A stretch of 63,982 bases of DNA, counting the filler, from Squatina squatina (taxonomy: Eukaryota), in NCBI GenBank assembly GCA_031763465.1. It is 3 parts of 2 records of this genome, joined end to end, with 100 filler letters (N's around TTAATTAATTAA, not from the genome) between each part and the next. Parts side by side here need not be neighbours in the genome. Positions count along the whole stretch, not along the records: positions 22,695 to 49,998 come from JARFOE010000001.1; positions 50,099 to 63,982 come from JARFOE010000192.1; 1 more part is not named here. One strand, 5' to 3'. A model generated the notes under the pieces. That model saw only the letters and a program-made list of their open reading frames with translations, had not been told where the DNA came from and did no database searches. Both the position numbers and the translations under genes were made by a program. How positions within the stretch are numbered: the first letter of the stretch is position 1; every line of letters begins with the position of its first letter. Shown here in pieces: positions 48,710-62,150 of this stretch.

Positions 48710-49036
48710 GTATGTTCCTGTCTTGTCTGACTTCTGACTTTCATTTGCAGATGTCAGTGGCATCTACTGATATTATTACCATTTGCTGGATTTTAAGGGT
48801 ACTTAAATCGTCACATGGACCACCCCACTGTCTGAAGTTATCCAGTGAGTCATGAATATACAGACCAAAAAGATTCTAGGTTCAATCTCAAATCTGTGGT
48901 GACTTAATTCATCATGGGAGCTTTAAGTGCGCTACANNNNNNNNNNNNNNNNNNNNNNNNNNNNNNNNNNNNNNNNNNNNNNNNNNNNNNNNNNNNNNNN
49001 NNNNNNNNNNNNNNNNNNNNNNNNNNNNNNNNNNNN

Positions 49037-49421
49037 CAATGTCCAGCTGAGGAAAACGTTCAGAATGTGTCAGAAGAGCATGATGAAGCTGCAGGCAGTT
49101 CGCCCACAGGTCCTGACAAATTCCCAGAGGAATGCAGTAATTCTAAATTGCGTTATGAAGCTGAGAGCCCAGATGAAGCTGCGCTGGTACACGCGGCCCG
49201 GGCCTACAAGTGCACTTTATTATCTAAGACTTCTGATCAAGTCACTGTGGAGCTTAGCAAAGCAGGACAATTACATTTTCAACTCTTGCACATCTTACCA
49301 TTTGACTCAATTAGAAAGAGGATGTCTGTGGTAGTCCGACATCCACTGACTAATAAAGTAGTTGTTTATACAAAAGGAGCTGATTCAGTCATGATGGAAC
49401 TTTTGGACACTTCGGCCAAAG
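49037..49421 (+). CDS. ATP10D: ATP10D nucleotide-binding domain exon (5' part in gap)
   Basis: [20 protein letters not shown]...[40 protein letters not shown]; donor AAG|GTACGT. Confidence 0.92.
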
Positions 49422-50042
49422 GTACGTAGAGGGTTGCTGTATTTCCATTTGCCTGTGAATTAACTAATTGAATTCTGGGTATCTTTTTTCAGTTTCAAAA
49501 TGCTCACAATATCTGTTGTAAAACCGCAGCAAAATTGCTCTTAAAAAAACCAAAACAATTCTTCCTCTTTTCCTGTCTCTTGTACACCATAATCCAGTCA
49601 AGAAGAATCTAGCAACTAACAAATCTGAACCTTGACTCTCCGGATCATATTTCCTAGGTTAGACTCTTAACAATTGGCTGCTCACTACATGTATATCTCC
49701 TGTGTTACAAACCAGTCTCAAACCAAGCTTTAAAAATTAAGTAAGGCAAACTTCAGAGGAATGTGAAGTGAATTGACCACAATAAGCTGTTGATGGGTAA
49801 AGAAGTATTTGGTACAATACAAAACCAGTACATATCCATAAAAAGGCAAAAGCTCCACTTATGCAATTAAGCAGCCATAGTCAAAAACCGAGATAACAGG
49901 CAACATCAATCTAAAGGAAAAGGCTTACACAAATGCAAAAAAAGTGGAAATCCAGAAGACCAGCAGAGCTTTAAGAAGCTACAAATGGTTACAAGGAANN
50001 NNNNNNNNNNNNNNNNNNNNNNNNNNNNNNNNNNNNNNNNNN

Positions 50043-50054
50043 TTAATTAATTAA
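50043..50054. other. Second artificial scaffold linker TTAATTAATTAA
   Basis: Same N44-12mer-N44 structure as 22639-22650. Synteny switches from ATP10D to TMEM196. Confidence 0.95.
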
Positions 50055-50164
50055 NNNNNNNNNNNNNNNNNNNNNNNNNNNNNNNNNNNNNNNNNNNNCA
50101 AAATACAAGACATTCACCCGAGACGAAACGCAGTGCAAGAAATCCAGAAGAAACAGAAACGTAC

Positions 50165-50326
50165 ACAAGCACCGCTCCATACCGGTGAGGAGTCCCCGAG
50201 CTGTGCCTGGAGAGCCCGGCTCCTCCCGATGCTCACTGCTCCCAAAGCCACGCTGGTGATGCCGAAGCCTATTTCCATAGCAGAGAGCACAAAGAGACTG
50301 GCAATAATCTGACTCCTGGTGCACAT
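50165..50326 (-). CDS. TMEM196: Transmembrane protein 196, first coding exon
   Basis: CACC-ATG MCTRSQIIASLFVLSAMEIGFGITSVALGAVSIGRSRALQAQLGDSSPVWSGAC|GTACGT, matching TMEM196 [20 protein letters not shown]...QLGDSSPVWSGVC; neighbour of MACC1. Confidence 0.92.
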
Positions 50327-53289
50327 GGTGCTCCCACCAGCATTCTCTCGAGAAATACCAACCAACACGCCTGACACACAATTCAATATATAAAATCTTT
50401 AAAAAATTATATATATATATCTCCTCTGACCTGGTTGTAAACATAGAACTGTAACAGAGACAGCGTTAGACAAAATATGAGAGACTTCAATGGTAATTGA
50501 AGACTTTTCGTAAAATTCTGAAAAGTCAATTCTGTCTGTTACCTTTCAGATAAATGATGCGACAGCAAGCACTGCTTAAGCTTAGTTCAAATTCAAACAT
50601 TTGCACAACTACATTGTGCACACATGAAAATTAAATACCGGCAGTGGTGTTTTCAGTGTGTCATCAATCACCTCCATTACCATCCTTGTGTGAACAAATT
50701 AGTTACGTTTTTCCACTCCAATGAAGACCACCTCAGACCAGCTTTCATTTCACAATTAGATATTTATCCATTTGCGGCTCTCCCCACATTCAGGGGTCCA
50801 GGTCTGGAAATCCCAATGGGACCCACTTCTGCCTTTCAGAAGGNNNNNNNNNNNNNNNNNNNNNNNNNNNNNNNNNNNNNNNNNNNNNNNNNNNNNNNNN
50901 NNNNNNNNNNNNNNNNNNNNNNNNNNNNNNNNNNNNNNNNNNNGTGAAAAGTTAACAAGCTACAAGAAAAGCTTCAAGAAAAGTAAAACAGCTACAAGAC
51001 ACCAGTTACTACAGAGAAAGGAGAGCATGCAGTAAACACCACCGCTGGGTCCTAGAGGTAGCAACTACAAGAAAACAAGCAGGCTTTGTCTCAGTGGATG
51101 ATAAGTAACTATAATATGTCTGATATCCTAATTTATGTTTATAATGTCAAGTATTTAGTAATAAAAAGAATATTTTGCTTGAAATTTAAAGTATTTGAGA
51201 TGTTTGTATCGAGTAGGTTATTTGTAATGTCAAGAGCTCACGGAGGGACAGAAAGGTGAGCCCTAGAAAAGTTTACACAGGTCCTCTTTATTATGCCATC
51301 AAGCCTTCTTGTCCCTACTGTCTTGGTTCTCCTCCTGAGAGAAACACATTCATCATATTGAGACTTGCTAATGTACCCTTGCTGCTCTGTGAACTGAAAT
51401 AGTTGAGTTGTTCCTTACAATGTCTGCTGCTCTGACCCCTGCCAACTCTCTTGATGTCTTAAGGCCACCTGTTTAGCAGACATAATTAATGTGCCTTGGG
51501 TAGGAATTAGCATGAGCAAATGTATATGTTCACCTTTAACTCATATTTAAGTAGCCAAAACCATTAATGTCACATCTGTACATTAACATGTTTTAATGCA
51601 GGTAAAAATGTACTAATACAGGCAACCAAATTACTCTATATTAATGCACACTTGGCATGTGTGTTATCTCTAACATACAGAGGAATTTCACTCCAAAACA
51701 TTTGAATGTGATAGAACTCTCATCCTTACCACAATTAAGGAGCACCATCAAGTCGTATTCCTGAATGAGTATGTGGAGGTTCCAATATACTGAAAACAAT
51801 ACTGGCTGAGAGGGCACGATGTAAACTGAGAAATGCCAATTTTCATCTGTTATTGTATGGTCTTGGAAAGATTCCTGCTGACTCAGATGAAATCCAGTGA
51901 GATGTCAGGATTCGATTAATGCAGCGGCATGACTAGTGCAGCAAACTCTCTTAAGTTAATTCTGAATNNNNNNNNNNNNNNNNNNNNNNNNNNNNNNNNN
52001 NNNNNNNNNNNNNNNNNNNNNNNNNNNNNNNNNNNNNNNNNNNNNNNNNNNNNNNNNNNNNNNNNNNTCATTTGATGCCACCTTCCTGTCCGACCTCTCG
52101 GAGAATGATGAATGGCTGCGGCGTGTGCCACCAGTGACGTCGCTGGCTGTGGCAAGTGAAGGGGTCGCTGGGCATTCTGATGATGACCAGCTGGTGCTAC
52201 CTGCTGTCTGGCCATTTCCAGCGTAGTGCGCACTGATGACGTCATGGACTCCACCTAGTGCCGTACGCTGAGCTTTTGGCACTGCATGGGCAACGCCATT
52301 TTGTACGCCACACTAGGCCCCGATGAATTGCCCAATGCAGCAGGTACCGGCGAAAAACGGCGTTTGGGGTCGTACTCCGTTTTAACGACACTTACCGGTG
52401 AGCGGTATCAAATTGGCCACGCCATTGTCTAGTTTCAATCTTCTTGTCTCATAGAATCATACAGCGCAGAAGGAGGCCACTCGGCCCACAGTGCCTGTGC
52501 CACCTCTTTGAAAGAGCTATCCAACTGAAATTTCTCCCTCGAAAACAAGTGAGTTTCTTCTAATCTGTTTTCATAACTTAGACCCGTAAGTGTCAGAATC
52601 ATAAATCTTGACTTTCCCAAATGTTGAAGGAAATTGTTTGTGTTCATGAAATAAAAACTTTATTACCATACTACGCTTCATTCTTCTCCAAGTCTAATAT
52701 GAGCCAACACAGCAAAGATTCAGATCTGGGAGCATCACTGTACGTTACAGTGTCAGTGGATATGCTGCATTTCAAACCATAATGTAAGATCCATTCCTTA
52801 TAGTGCGCACAGCAGCATTTCCAGAGTTAATGGATGAATATCAAACTTGCGTTATAACATATTTATACTTCTAAATGTAAGATCAGCATTTTTAAATCAT
52901 TTGACATGCCAGAACATTCTTGCTTTGTTTTATTGGTGTACTTTGTTTACTGAGCTGGATAAAATTTAGATTGGGAATATATATTTCCAGTTTTCAAAGT
53001 AGAACATTAAAGAGCCGATTCTCTGGTCCTGTGCACCGGGAGAGTCAGCATGCAGCCAACACATGGGGAATGGGGAATTGAGAGTGAAGGCTCCACAACA
53101 ACTTCTTTCAGGGCTGCAATTCCCCCTCTTCCATTACTATAAGTTGAGTGCTGCNNNNNNNNNNNNNNNNNNNNNNNNNNNNNNNNNNNNNNNNNNNNNN
53201 NNNNNNNNNNNNNNNNNNNNNNNNNNNNNNNNNNNNNNNNNNNNNNNNNNNNNNAATTGCAAAGAAATCAGCTAACTGAGTCTGTCTGG

Positions 53290-53768
53290 AAAAAGTATTT
53301 ACTAAGTCGCTGTATCAGAGAATGAAAAGATATGCAGTAGTACTGCATTAAGAACAAGCTAGTTCTGGTTCAGGATGCAGTACAATAAGTCAACTGTTTG
53401 TGATAAGGCAGCTTTTGGTGAAGTTTTCAGAACACAACATCCATTGTTAACAACAACTTCATAGATTTTAAGCAGGCCTTTGACAGTTTTTGGCAAGAAG
53501 GGTATTCATGGGAAACTTGTCAGATTGATAGAAAACATCTACAAGTCCCTGAGCACTTTTAGAGTGCAGAGGAAACTAATGGAATGGTTTAGATCAACAG
53601 TTAGGGTAAGACAATGATGCACACTGTCACCTGATTTATTTAATCTAGTACTGGAAGCAGTAATGAATCTGGCACTAAAAGATGATATTGGAAGAGTCTC
53701 CTTGTGTGGCAAGACTTTAAACAATTTCACAGTTGCTGCTGACATTCACCTTATAGCAACATCTAAAC
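53290..53768 (+). mobile_element. Degenerate RTE-like LINE RT fragment
   Basis: FIDFKQAFDS, GKLVRLIENIY, GVRQ*CTLSPDLFNLVLE, ADI.LIA motifs with stops and frameshifts. Confidence 0.75.
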
Positions 53769-55065
53769 NNNNNNNNNNNNNNNNNNNNNNNNNNNNNNNN
53801 NNNNNNNNNNNNNNNNNNNNNNNNNNNNNNNNNNNNNNNNNNNNNNNNNNNNNNNNNNNNNNNNNNNNCAGCATAGTGCTGTCCAGTGGGTGTCCTACTC
53901 ACCTGATAAAAAGAGCAGGTTAATATCGGGACTGAAAGGAGCGAGGTCAGAGGAGGTAAGTCACACAGGGCATTTTAACTGCCTGCCAGCCCAGTTTCTG
54001 GATGGTGGTGGGATGGACTGGGGGGTTAAAATTTCCTCCAACATTTATAAGTTTTATTTGAGTAACTTGGAAATGCTCAAGTAATATTTAATGCTAAAGT
54101 GTTAAAAAGTAAAGACTGATTTTGATGCCATACTGGATAAAATGATTTGTTTTGAAACTGCCAATGATGTGTGGAATATAAATGAAAGAAAACATTGCGC
54201 TGTTTACTAACTGAAGTATTGAGTTGGGGTTGCTAACTTGCAATGGAAGGGACTGTTGGTTCCAGTAAGGTGGGGATAAATAAAGGACATTGATCAATGA
54301 CAGCGTAAGTGTCATAGCTCAATTGATTTCTGCCTGTCCAGTCTCCGGTGAACATGGGATCATGCCGCAAGCCATTCCTTATTCATTTGCTCCTGCTCTC
54401 AGTGGACCTGTTTTGAAATGTGCTGAGATGAGAGCAAGTCACATTTCAAGAGCAGCACAATCAGAAACTTGTATCCCAGCTAACTCCAAGATGTGGTAAA
54501 ATAAATATTTTGTTTGTAGGCTTCATTGCAAACATTTCTTTATATTTACAATTATACTTGGAAGAGTGATGTTTTCTTAATCTGTGTCATTGGATATTTG
54601 CAAAGTGAATTAAGAGCAACAAATTCTGAGGAGTAGATTTATGTAAAGTAGAAGTAATGTATATGGGTCCTACTTTTGAACTGTTGGATATAAAGGAAGT
54701 TTAGACAGTGTTTTGATATTAAGCACGCACATTTACTGCCAAACTGCTAATGCTACATATTCTGAACCATTACGTCTCAACTTATTGCTGACAACAAATT
54801 AAGACATCCAATCATTAGACAGCTGCAATAATTACAGTTAAATGCCTCAACAAGCATGAAAATAGGTTCTTGACTATGCTGCTGAGGTCATGAGAAATTG
54901 GCCAAAAGTAGGAAGGCCAGATTCACAGACTAGGAGTTGTCCATGATATTGGAGCAGGCTATAATNNNNNNNNNNNNNNNNNNNNNNNNNNNNNNNNNNN
55001 NNNNNNNNNNNNNNNNNNNNNNNNNNNNNNNNNNNNNNNNNNNNNNNNNNNNNNNNNNNNNNNNN

Positions 55066-56480
55066 TTTTTCAACCATTTTCTCAACTCCAAATTTGATGC
55101 CTTTGTCCAAAGCAAAACTTTTAACGTTTCTTATTCTGATTGTCCACCCTCATAGGCCTCACATCTTCACTCCCTTAAGTCCATGAGGTGCCAACTCAAG
55201 CGTATTTAATATACAACTGGCTTAGCCATCCATCTTGCTACACTACATCAAGCTTTATCGGGCCTCACTCTCCTCTACCAAATCCACCCAATAATCCAGA
55301 TTCATCAGGATGAATCACAGAACAAAGGTAACACTGGCTTCTTTTCTCCACTACCAACTGTCTTCTTAAACCCCTCTCCGCTTACAAGGGTGAGAAGCTT
55401 AAGGCTTTTTTTTTCACCAAGATTGAGACCATCCATTCAGTGCCTCCTGCTGCTTCTTCTCTAAGCCAAACTCTCCAGGCTCCTCCATGCCCTAACACTG
55501 AACTGGCGTCTCTCTCTATCTTCCCCCGTGCCCTCTCCAAGCTCCTCGCATCAATGATGTCCATCTTCTGTTCCCATTGCCACTAAACTGCTGACCTATC
55601 AACTTTCCTACCTTGCTTCCATGCTGATTCCCTTTCCTCAGGTGCTGTCTCTCTCCCTTCAAAACCACCATCACACTCCTCCTCATAAATCTTATCCTTG
55701 ACTCCTCTGTCCTTGCAAACTACTGACCCATCTCCAACATCCCTTTCCTCTCCAAAGTCCCCCTTGAATGTGTTAGTGCCTCCCAAATCCAGGGCCATTT
55801 ATTCCATGACTCCCTGTTTGAATTTCTCCAATTAGGTTTTTGCATCTGTCACAGCACCAAAGTGGCCTAAAACAAAGTCACAAATGACATTCTCTGTGAT
55901 TGTGACCACGGTGCCTTATTCCCCCTATCGTCTTTGCAGCCTTTCACACAGTTGACCACATTATTGACCTCCACTGGCTCTCTTCTGTTGTCCAGCTCAA
56001 TGAGACTGTCTTTTTGGTTGCACTCTTATTTATCTGATCATAGCCAGAACATCTCCAGCAATGGCATCTCCTCCCACCCCCACAGAGTTACCAGTGAAGT
56101 GTCCCAGGATCGATCTATCCTTGGCCCTCTTCTTCTCCTCATCTACATGCTGCCCTTTGTCTACACCATCAGCAGACATGGGGTCAGCTTCTGGAAGAAT
56201 ACTATACCTCTCCACCACCTCTTTTGACCTATTTGCCACCTCTGTGTTGTTGAATTGCTTGCTTGATATCCAGTCTTGGATGAGTGCATTTTTATCCAGC
56301 TAAACATTGGGAAGGCCAAAACCATCTTCTTTGGCTCCACACCCTTGGCATTGAATTCATCCCCCTTACTGACAACTGTTGCAGGCCAAACTAGACTGTT
56401 CACAACCTCAACATCCTATTTGACGCTTCTGATCCCATATCCTCTCCATCACAAAACACTTCCTACTTCCATCCCCTTTA
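55066..56480 (+). mobile_element. Degenerate L2-clade LINE ORF2 immediately downstream of MACC1
   Basis: CT-rich; encodes pieces such as WLHSYLSDHSQ.I, SILGPLLLLIYMLP, LLDIQSWMS, QLNIGKAKTI. Confidence 0.8.
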
Positions 56481-56544
56481 TCCCCCCACAGGTTAAGAAT
56501 TGATTTGGTGTGCTTGGGTTTCCTAATGGTTTTATTTAAATAAG

Positions 56545-56757
56545 CTATTCCTCATCATGCCTCGAGAATGCAGCAGCTCTTAGTATTTCCATACAGTTCA
56601 CCAAAATAAGAAGCCCTGTTAGATGTCGCCAATGCCTTGTAATGGGGTTTTTCATTTTATCCAGTGCACTTTGCAGTGCTTGCAGTACATCCCGGTATCC
56701 ATCTCCAAACTTGGTGCTCCAAGTGTAAAGAAAATCGTATGCTGGCTTCCACATAGT
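56545..56757 (-). CDS. MACC1: MACC1 last coding exon
   Basis: ttcatAG|[70 protein letters not shown]. Confidence 0.92.
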   Translation of the reverse strand, partial: TMWKPAYDFLYTWSTKFGDGYRDVLQALQSALDKMKNPITRHWRHLTGLLILVNCMEILRAAAFSRHDEE

Positions 56758-56867
56758 CTATGAAAGGGCAAATAAAACATGAATGAAAAGAGTTCAAGAA
56801 ACATTAAAAAATCAATGTTGGATAGCTGCACAATCTACACTGCCAAACTGTTAAAGCAGCAACCCAC

Positions 56868-57056
56868 CTCCTGGCTAACATCGCCACCTTTAGTTCTGTG
56901 AGGTGCTTCATATGCATCGATTTGCTGTTTTGTGAGTTTGGATAGTTTTTCTGCCAACTCTCTCCAACGAACACCAAGCTCTACAGCTGCTGAGAGCATA
57001 ACAACATCTTGAACAAGACGAATCATTATTCCTTGGCAATCAAGCTTTAACAGTCC
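56868..57056 (-). CDS. MACC1: MACC1 penultimate coding exon (death-like domain)
   Basis: ttgtAG|GLLKLDCQGIMIRLVQDVVMLSAAVELGVRWRELAEKLSKLTKQQIDAYEAPHRTKGGDVSQE|GTGGGT, 189 nt. Confidence 0.92.
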
Positions 57057-57679
57057 CTACAAAACAACAGAATACCATTAGGAAAATTATTTACAGGTTA
57101 ACACAACAAAGAATAAGCCTATTTATTGTACAGAGATCTCCTTAAGAGTTCAAGATCAAGAATATCCTTGAGTACCATAGCCATACATGGCGAATCAACT
57201 AAAAGTAGCAAGAAAAAGACTGTTTTCCTTGGTTGAAGACATCATACAAGACTCAGGACTATTTTCACATCTTTACCAANNNNNNNNNNNNNNNNNNNNN
57301 NNNNNNNNNNNNNNNNNNNNNNNNNNNNNNNNNNNNNNNNNNNNNNNNNNNNNNNNNNNNNNNNNNNNNNNNNNNNNNNTCAATTCTTACCTTATTACTG
57401 GGTTGGCTAAATTATTTGGCCTAGTTACACCAATTCTAAGCTTGTCTTACAAAGGCTTCTCTTCCTATACAATTACCTCTGGAGTCCCTCAAGGATCTAT
57501 TCTTGGACCTTTCCTATTTCTTATTTACTCAGCCAACAAAAATGCATTAAGTGTACAGATTCCAAATCATGCTTCACAAGAAATTACATAAAACTGGAAA
57601 AACATTGAGGCCTATAGTGTAAATCTGATCAACTTACTCGTGTCATGGTTTTTTTTCTTTCCATCAAGACAAGAATGCA

Positions 57680-57975
57680 GACTTACATTGAATAGCACAT
57701 TTCTCAGAACACTTCACATGCAACCAATGGCTTTGAAATGCAGGCACGGTTATGTGGGTGAATGCAGCTCCTATCTTCCATAGAGCAATGTCCCACAAAC
57801 AGTAAAGAGATTAATGACCAAATAATTTCTTTTTGGTGAAGTTGCTTTAGGAAGAATGTTGAAGAAATTAGGAAAATGCCATAGGATCTCGAACATCACC
57901 TGAACCACTGAATAGACAGACTCCGGTTAAATTTACATCTAAAGGACAACAGCAATGGTAATGCAATTTGACCTC
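57680..57975 (-). mobile_element. Deu-domain SINE (diverged) in a MACC1 intron
   Basis: acttacattgaatagcac tail, gcaatgtcccacaaacagtaaagagattaatgacc, gccataggatct; homologous to 43675-44010. Confidence 0.65.
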
Positions 57976-58015
57976 CATGCTGCATTGAAGTGGCAGCCGA
58001 ACCAGAACTACTTAC

Positions 58016-60048
58016 CAGAATAATTTCATACAGAAATTTTCTTTTTGGCTTGTTGTCACTAGTGTGGCAGTCTTCTTTCAGCTTTTCTAGTACACATGCA
58101 ACTCTTTCTGATTCACTCTCAACAGGTCTCCTACAAATTTCATCCAGTGAGAGATCAGTGTATCCAAGCACATCAGCAAATGCCTTCCAACTGGAAATAT
58201 TCTCTGTGATGATTGTACGGATGGATGAATACATGTAAGTCAATTTCTTCATAGGAATGATAATTTGATTGAGCAGTATCTTAGTTGTAATCTTTGCATC
58301 TGAAAAGTCTATGACCTGTTCCTTAGAAATCACCTTCACATTTTTGCAGTGCACAAGGCCAATCTTTCCTCGTAAGAAACCAACATACCACTCTTTAATC
58401 CTTGTTTGACCCATTACTTTGACTTTGTCCATCCCAAGAAGTGCAATAGTGTCACCTTTAAAATATTCCAATAAGTATTCNNNNNNNNNNNNNNNNNNNN
58501 NNNNNNNNNNNNNNNNNNNNNNNNNNNNNNNNNNNNNNNNNNNNNNNNNNNNNNNNNNNNNNNNNNNNNNNNNNNNNNNNNNNNNNNNNNNNNNNNNNNN
58601 NNNNNNNNNNNNNNNNNNNNNNNNNNNNNNNNNNNNNNNNNNNNNNNNNNNNNNNNNNNNNNNNNNNNNNNNNNNNNNNNNNNNNNNNNNNNNNNNNNNN
58701 NNNNNNNNNNNNNNNNNNNNNNNNNNNNNNNNNNNNNNNNNNNNNNNNNNNNNNNNNNNNNNNNNNNNNNNNNNNNNNNNNNNNNNNNNNNNNAAAGTTC
58801 TTTGAATTTGCTTGTTCTGATCAGCTTCTTGTACCTCATACTTTGAGTCAGTGGGAAAAATTGAAATTTCAAGATCTTGTGGCCTATCTAACTGAAACTG
58901 ATGCTTTCCCCAAAGTTGAAGAACAACTGGTGGCAAATTTTTATGGCTGTTCTTAACATCTGTAAGTTTCTGTGGGACTTGATTGTGACCAAAGATTGTG
59001 CAAACTACACTAAAAACTGGATGAATGTGTTTGGGGCCATAAACTCCAATGGTAATCATTTTGTTAAGATAGTCCCATACTGTCAGTGCTGGAGGCTGAA
59101 TGGTTTTAGCTTCAACTGCCGCTACAATATACATACAAGGACTCAAATTTTCCAGCTTTGCTTGCATAACATCTTTATATATATAAATGTTGCGCACCCT
59201 CTCAAAAGGGCCCTCTTTACTATCACTGCAAAGGCACACAATTTCAGTCATAACTTGACTCATGGGATCAGTTTTCACTTCAGCTGACATCTTCATTTCC
59301 AAAGAAATAAAATCTTTGGTATTGAAATTGCTCAGTTTTAACTCTAGTAATGGACCAATAGTTGTACAAAGATCGTTATTAAGCACCTGAGGTGGGTCAA
59401 GCAAGGACTNNNNNNNNNNNNNNNNNNNNNNNNNNNNNNNNNNNNNNNNNNNNNNNNNNTGGACACTTACATCCGATTCAGGCAACTGAAGTGATCCCCC
59501 TTTATGGTCCATCTTACAGACGATGTGCGTTTCAATAGCCTGTGTCTGCCCCCAGCCAGGGTTTTGGCTTATCATATCCAAATCAAGGCAGGATCTAGCT
59601 AGTTGTCTATGGCTCAACCATGCCATTTTGTAGGCTTCTCTGTCATTTTGAAATGATTCCAAATTTGGAACCATAAATTGGCTCACTGGACGATTATTCT
59701 GAGGAACAACTTTTTTGTTTGAAAAATCCAAAATATCAGAAGCACTTTTCCACCTTCCATGCTGCTTTGCAAAAGGTTTTCCAATATAGATTAGGTGGTC
59801 AATGTCCAATTCATCAGTTGAAGAGCCAATGGACTCTGTAATCCTTAGATTTTCAAACACAGATGTTGGGTTTGCTATCTTATCATCTTTAGCGATCTCA
59901 TCTAAAAATGGGTTTGATCCTGACAAACCATTCCAAAATGGATTTGTGGTCTGAGAAACTGTGTTGCTTGGAGAATCAAACACCAATTCATTCAAATCTT
60001 TGAGTAAGTCAGTCTCTTGTCCAAGTGAAATTTGATAGCTGCTGTTAT
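58016..60048 (-). CDS. MACC1: MACC1 large exon (NPF motifs, ZU5/UPA, SH3), with two internal N gaps
   Basis: NPFWNGLSGSNPFLD, AYKMAWLSHRQLARSCLDL, VYGPKHIHP, LLEYFKGDTIALL..KEWYVGFLRGKIGLVHCKNVK. Acceptor ctatAG|AT at 60049/60048, donor CTG|GTAAGT at 58016/58015. TMEM196 synteny favours MACC1 over its paralog SH3BP4. Confidence 0.92.
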
Positions 60049-61859
60049 CTATAGAAGATGAAAGAAAGAAAAAATATAAGTGGAAGAATGAAAAATAAGA
60101 GGGTTAAAAAATCCTGAAAGAACAAATGCCAAAACAAGAAAAATATACAAGCAAGAGANNNNNNNNNNNNNNNNNNNNNNNNNNNNNNNNNNNNNNNNNN
60201 NNNNNNNNNNNNNNNNNNNNNNNNNNNNNNNNNNNNNNNNNNNNNNNNNNNNNNNNNNAGATTTCCCGACCGCCTCGGAGCTCCCCCTCTACCACCCTAA
60301 CCCGCCTTCCCCATTAAAATTCAGCCCTATATAATAAAATTATAATGATGAACACAAAGAGAAAATGGCACAGATCTTTAAAAAATTCTCACTGTTTTAA
60401 ATGAACTAAACATAATGTGGTAATTTGAACTTGCACCGTCAGGCGGTAAACTCATCATTGAGGATCAGCTGTCTGTTATACACACCACCCCATCAGAATT
60501 TAATGGAAAGCAAAATCAGGTGGGGCGTATAATGGGCAGCTGATTCGCAACACTAAGTTTAGTGCCCGACAGTGAAAGTTAAAAACTACGCCAGCATCTT
60601 TCGTCATCAACAAAGCGAGATTTATATTAGTGGGAACATAAGTAACAAGAAGCTTTCTGCAGAACCAGTTTATGAAACCTGAGAGTACTGAACATCTGCA
60701 GTTTCGGACTGGGTCTTTTCTCAAATTCCAAGCTTTGAAAATCTGGGATTTTTATGATTTTTCATATTATAAAAAGATATTTTGGAAAAGTTTGTTGTGC
60801 ATATTTTTGGGATGTACTAATCTTTTACAGTAACTTATTGGGCTGTGCTTCTCTATTGAAACAAGATGTGTATTCAGCTTCAGAGAGTTAACCGTACAAA
60901 TTAGTTAAATCTCCAATCTAAATGCTGAGGACTGTTGGAAGCATCGAAACACCACTCCTAGAGCTGCAGTACATCTGCAGAACCACAGCTGGACTCATGT
61001 TCTACATGATGTACTGATGCTGGTCTCATGTGTAAAAAGTGATATCATGAAGTCCAAATAAGGTTATGGTCATTTTGCCAAGGGAAGAATATGAGCCATA
61101 AACAGGAAATCCATTTATCAGTAAAGCTGGAGACCTGGGCTGGAATTTTTACCATGGAGTCGGGTTGGGTGCGTGCGGGCTGCATAGCAGGTTGNNNNNN
61201 NNNNNNNNNNNNNNNNNNNNNNNNNNNNNNNNNNNNNNNNNNNNNNNNNNNNNNNNNNNNNNNNNNNNNNNNNNNNNNNNNNNNNNNNNNNNNNAATCAC
61301 AACACTTTTTATTTGTGCTGTGGGGAAGACAGCTTCATGCAAAACACTGATCTGGCAGCAAAAATACTTATCAACTCATTTACCACATACGGTCATTTGC
61401 ATGGTTACTTGCTTTAAGCTTGAACCCACTCTGCACAGCTACACCCACAGGAATCTCCCAGGCCTGGGAACTGCAAAGATTATTGCAAATAAAACTGTTG
61501 GTTTAAAATTAAATTGATTCACAACTAACTTCATTTCCGCTTTGGCTTTGTCCAGAACATGGTGCTGGGTAGTTGACGGGAGTAACATGACAAGGTTTCT
61601 TATCTGGGATGTCTTCTGTCCAGCTGTTACCAAAAATAGCTATTTCTTCTGTTAACACACCTAAAAAATTAATAATTAAGTTGCATTAGATAAAAATAAT
61701 AGTTCCTGAAGCCTAGGTTTTCCACTTGAACTGAAAGTCAAGTGGAAAAGTAGCTGACCACAATTAGTGCCCATTTACTGAAAGGTAGGCTGGCCCCTCT
61801 AGGGTTTCTACAGTCAGTCAAATTTGCATAAAGACAGCAAGGTGCTGGTGCCAGGAACG

Positions 61860-62150
61860 TCAGTCATTGGGAGCTCACCATTATGGGAGTGGAAGCTTAT
61901 GTGCTACTGCAGGAGAAGGGCGTCGGTGCGATGACACAGCCTTGCTTGACCCCAGTTTGCACTTGTATTTGGTCTGTGGTGGATCTGTTGGTGAGAATCA
62001 CGGTTTGCATGTCATCGTGGAGCAGGCGGAGAACGGTGACAAATTTTTGCGGGCAGCCAAATTTGAGAAGGACCCTCCATAATCCCTCCCAGTTGACAGA
62101 GTCGAAGGCCTTTATGAGGTCAAAGAAGGCCATATGCAGATTGGCATTCA
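61860..62150 (-). mobile_element. RTE-clade LINE RT fragment
   Basis: LHMAFFDLIKAFDSVNWEGLWRVLLKFGCPQKFVTVLRLLHDDMQ...GVKQGCVIAPT. Confidence 0.85.
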
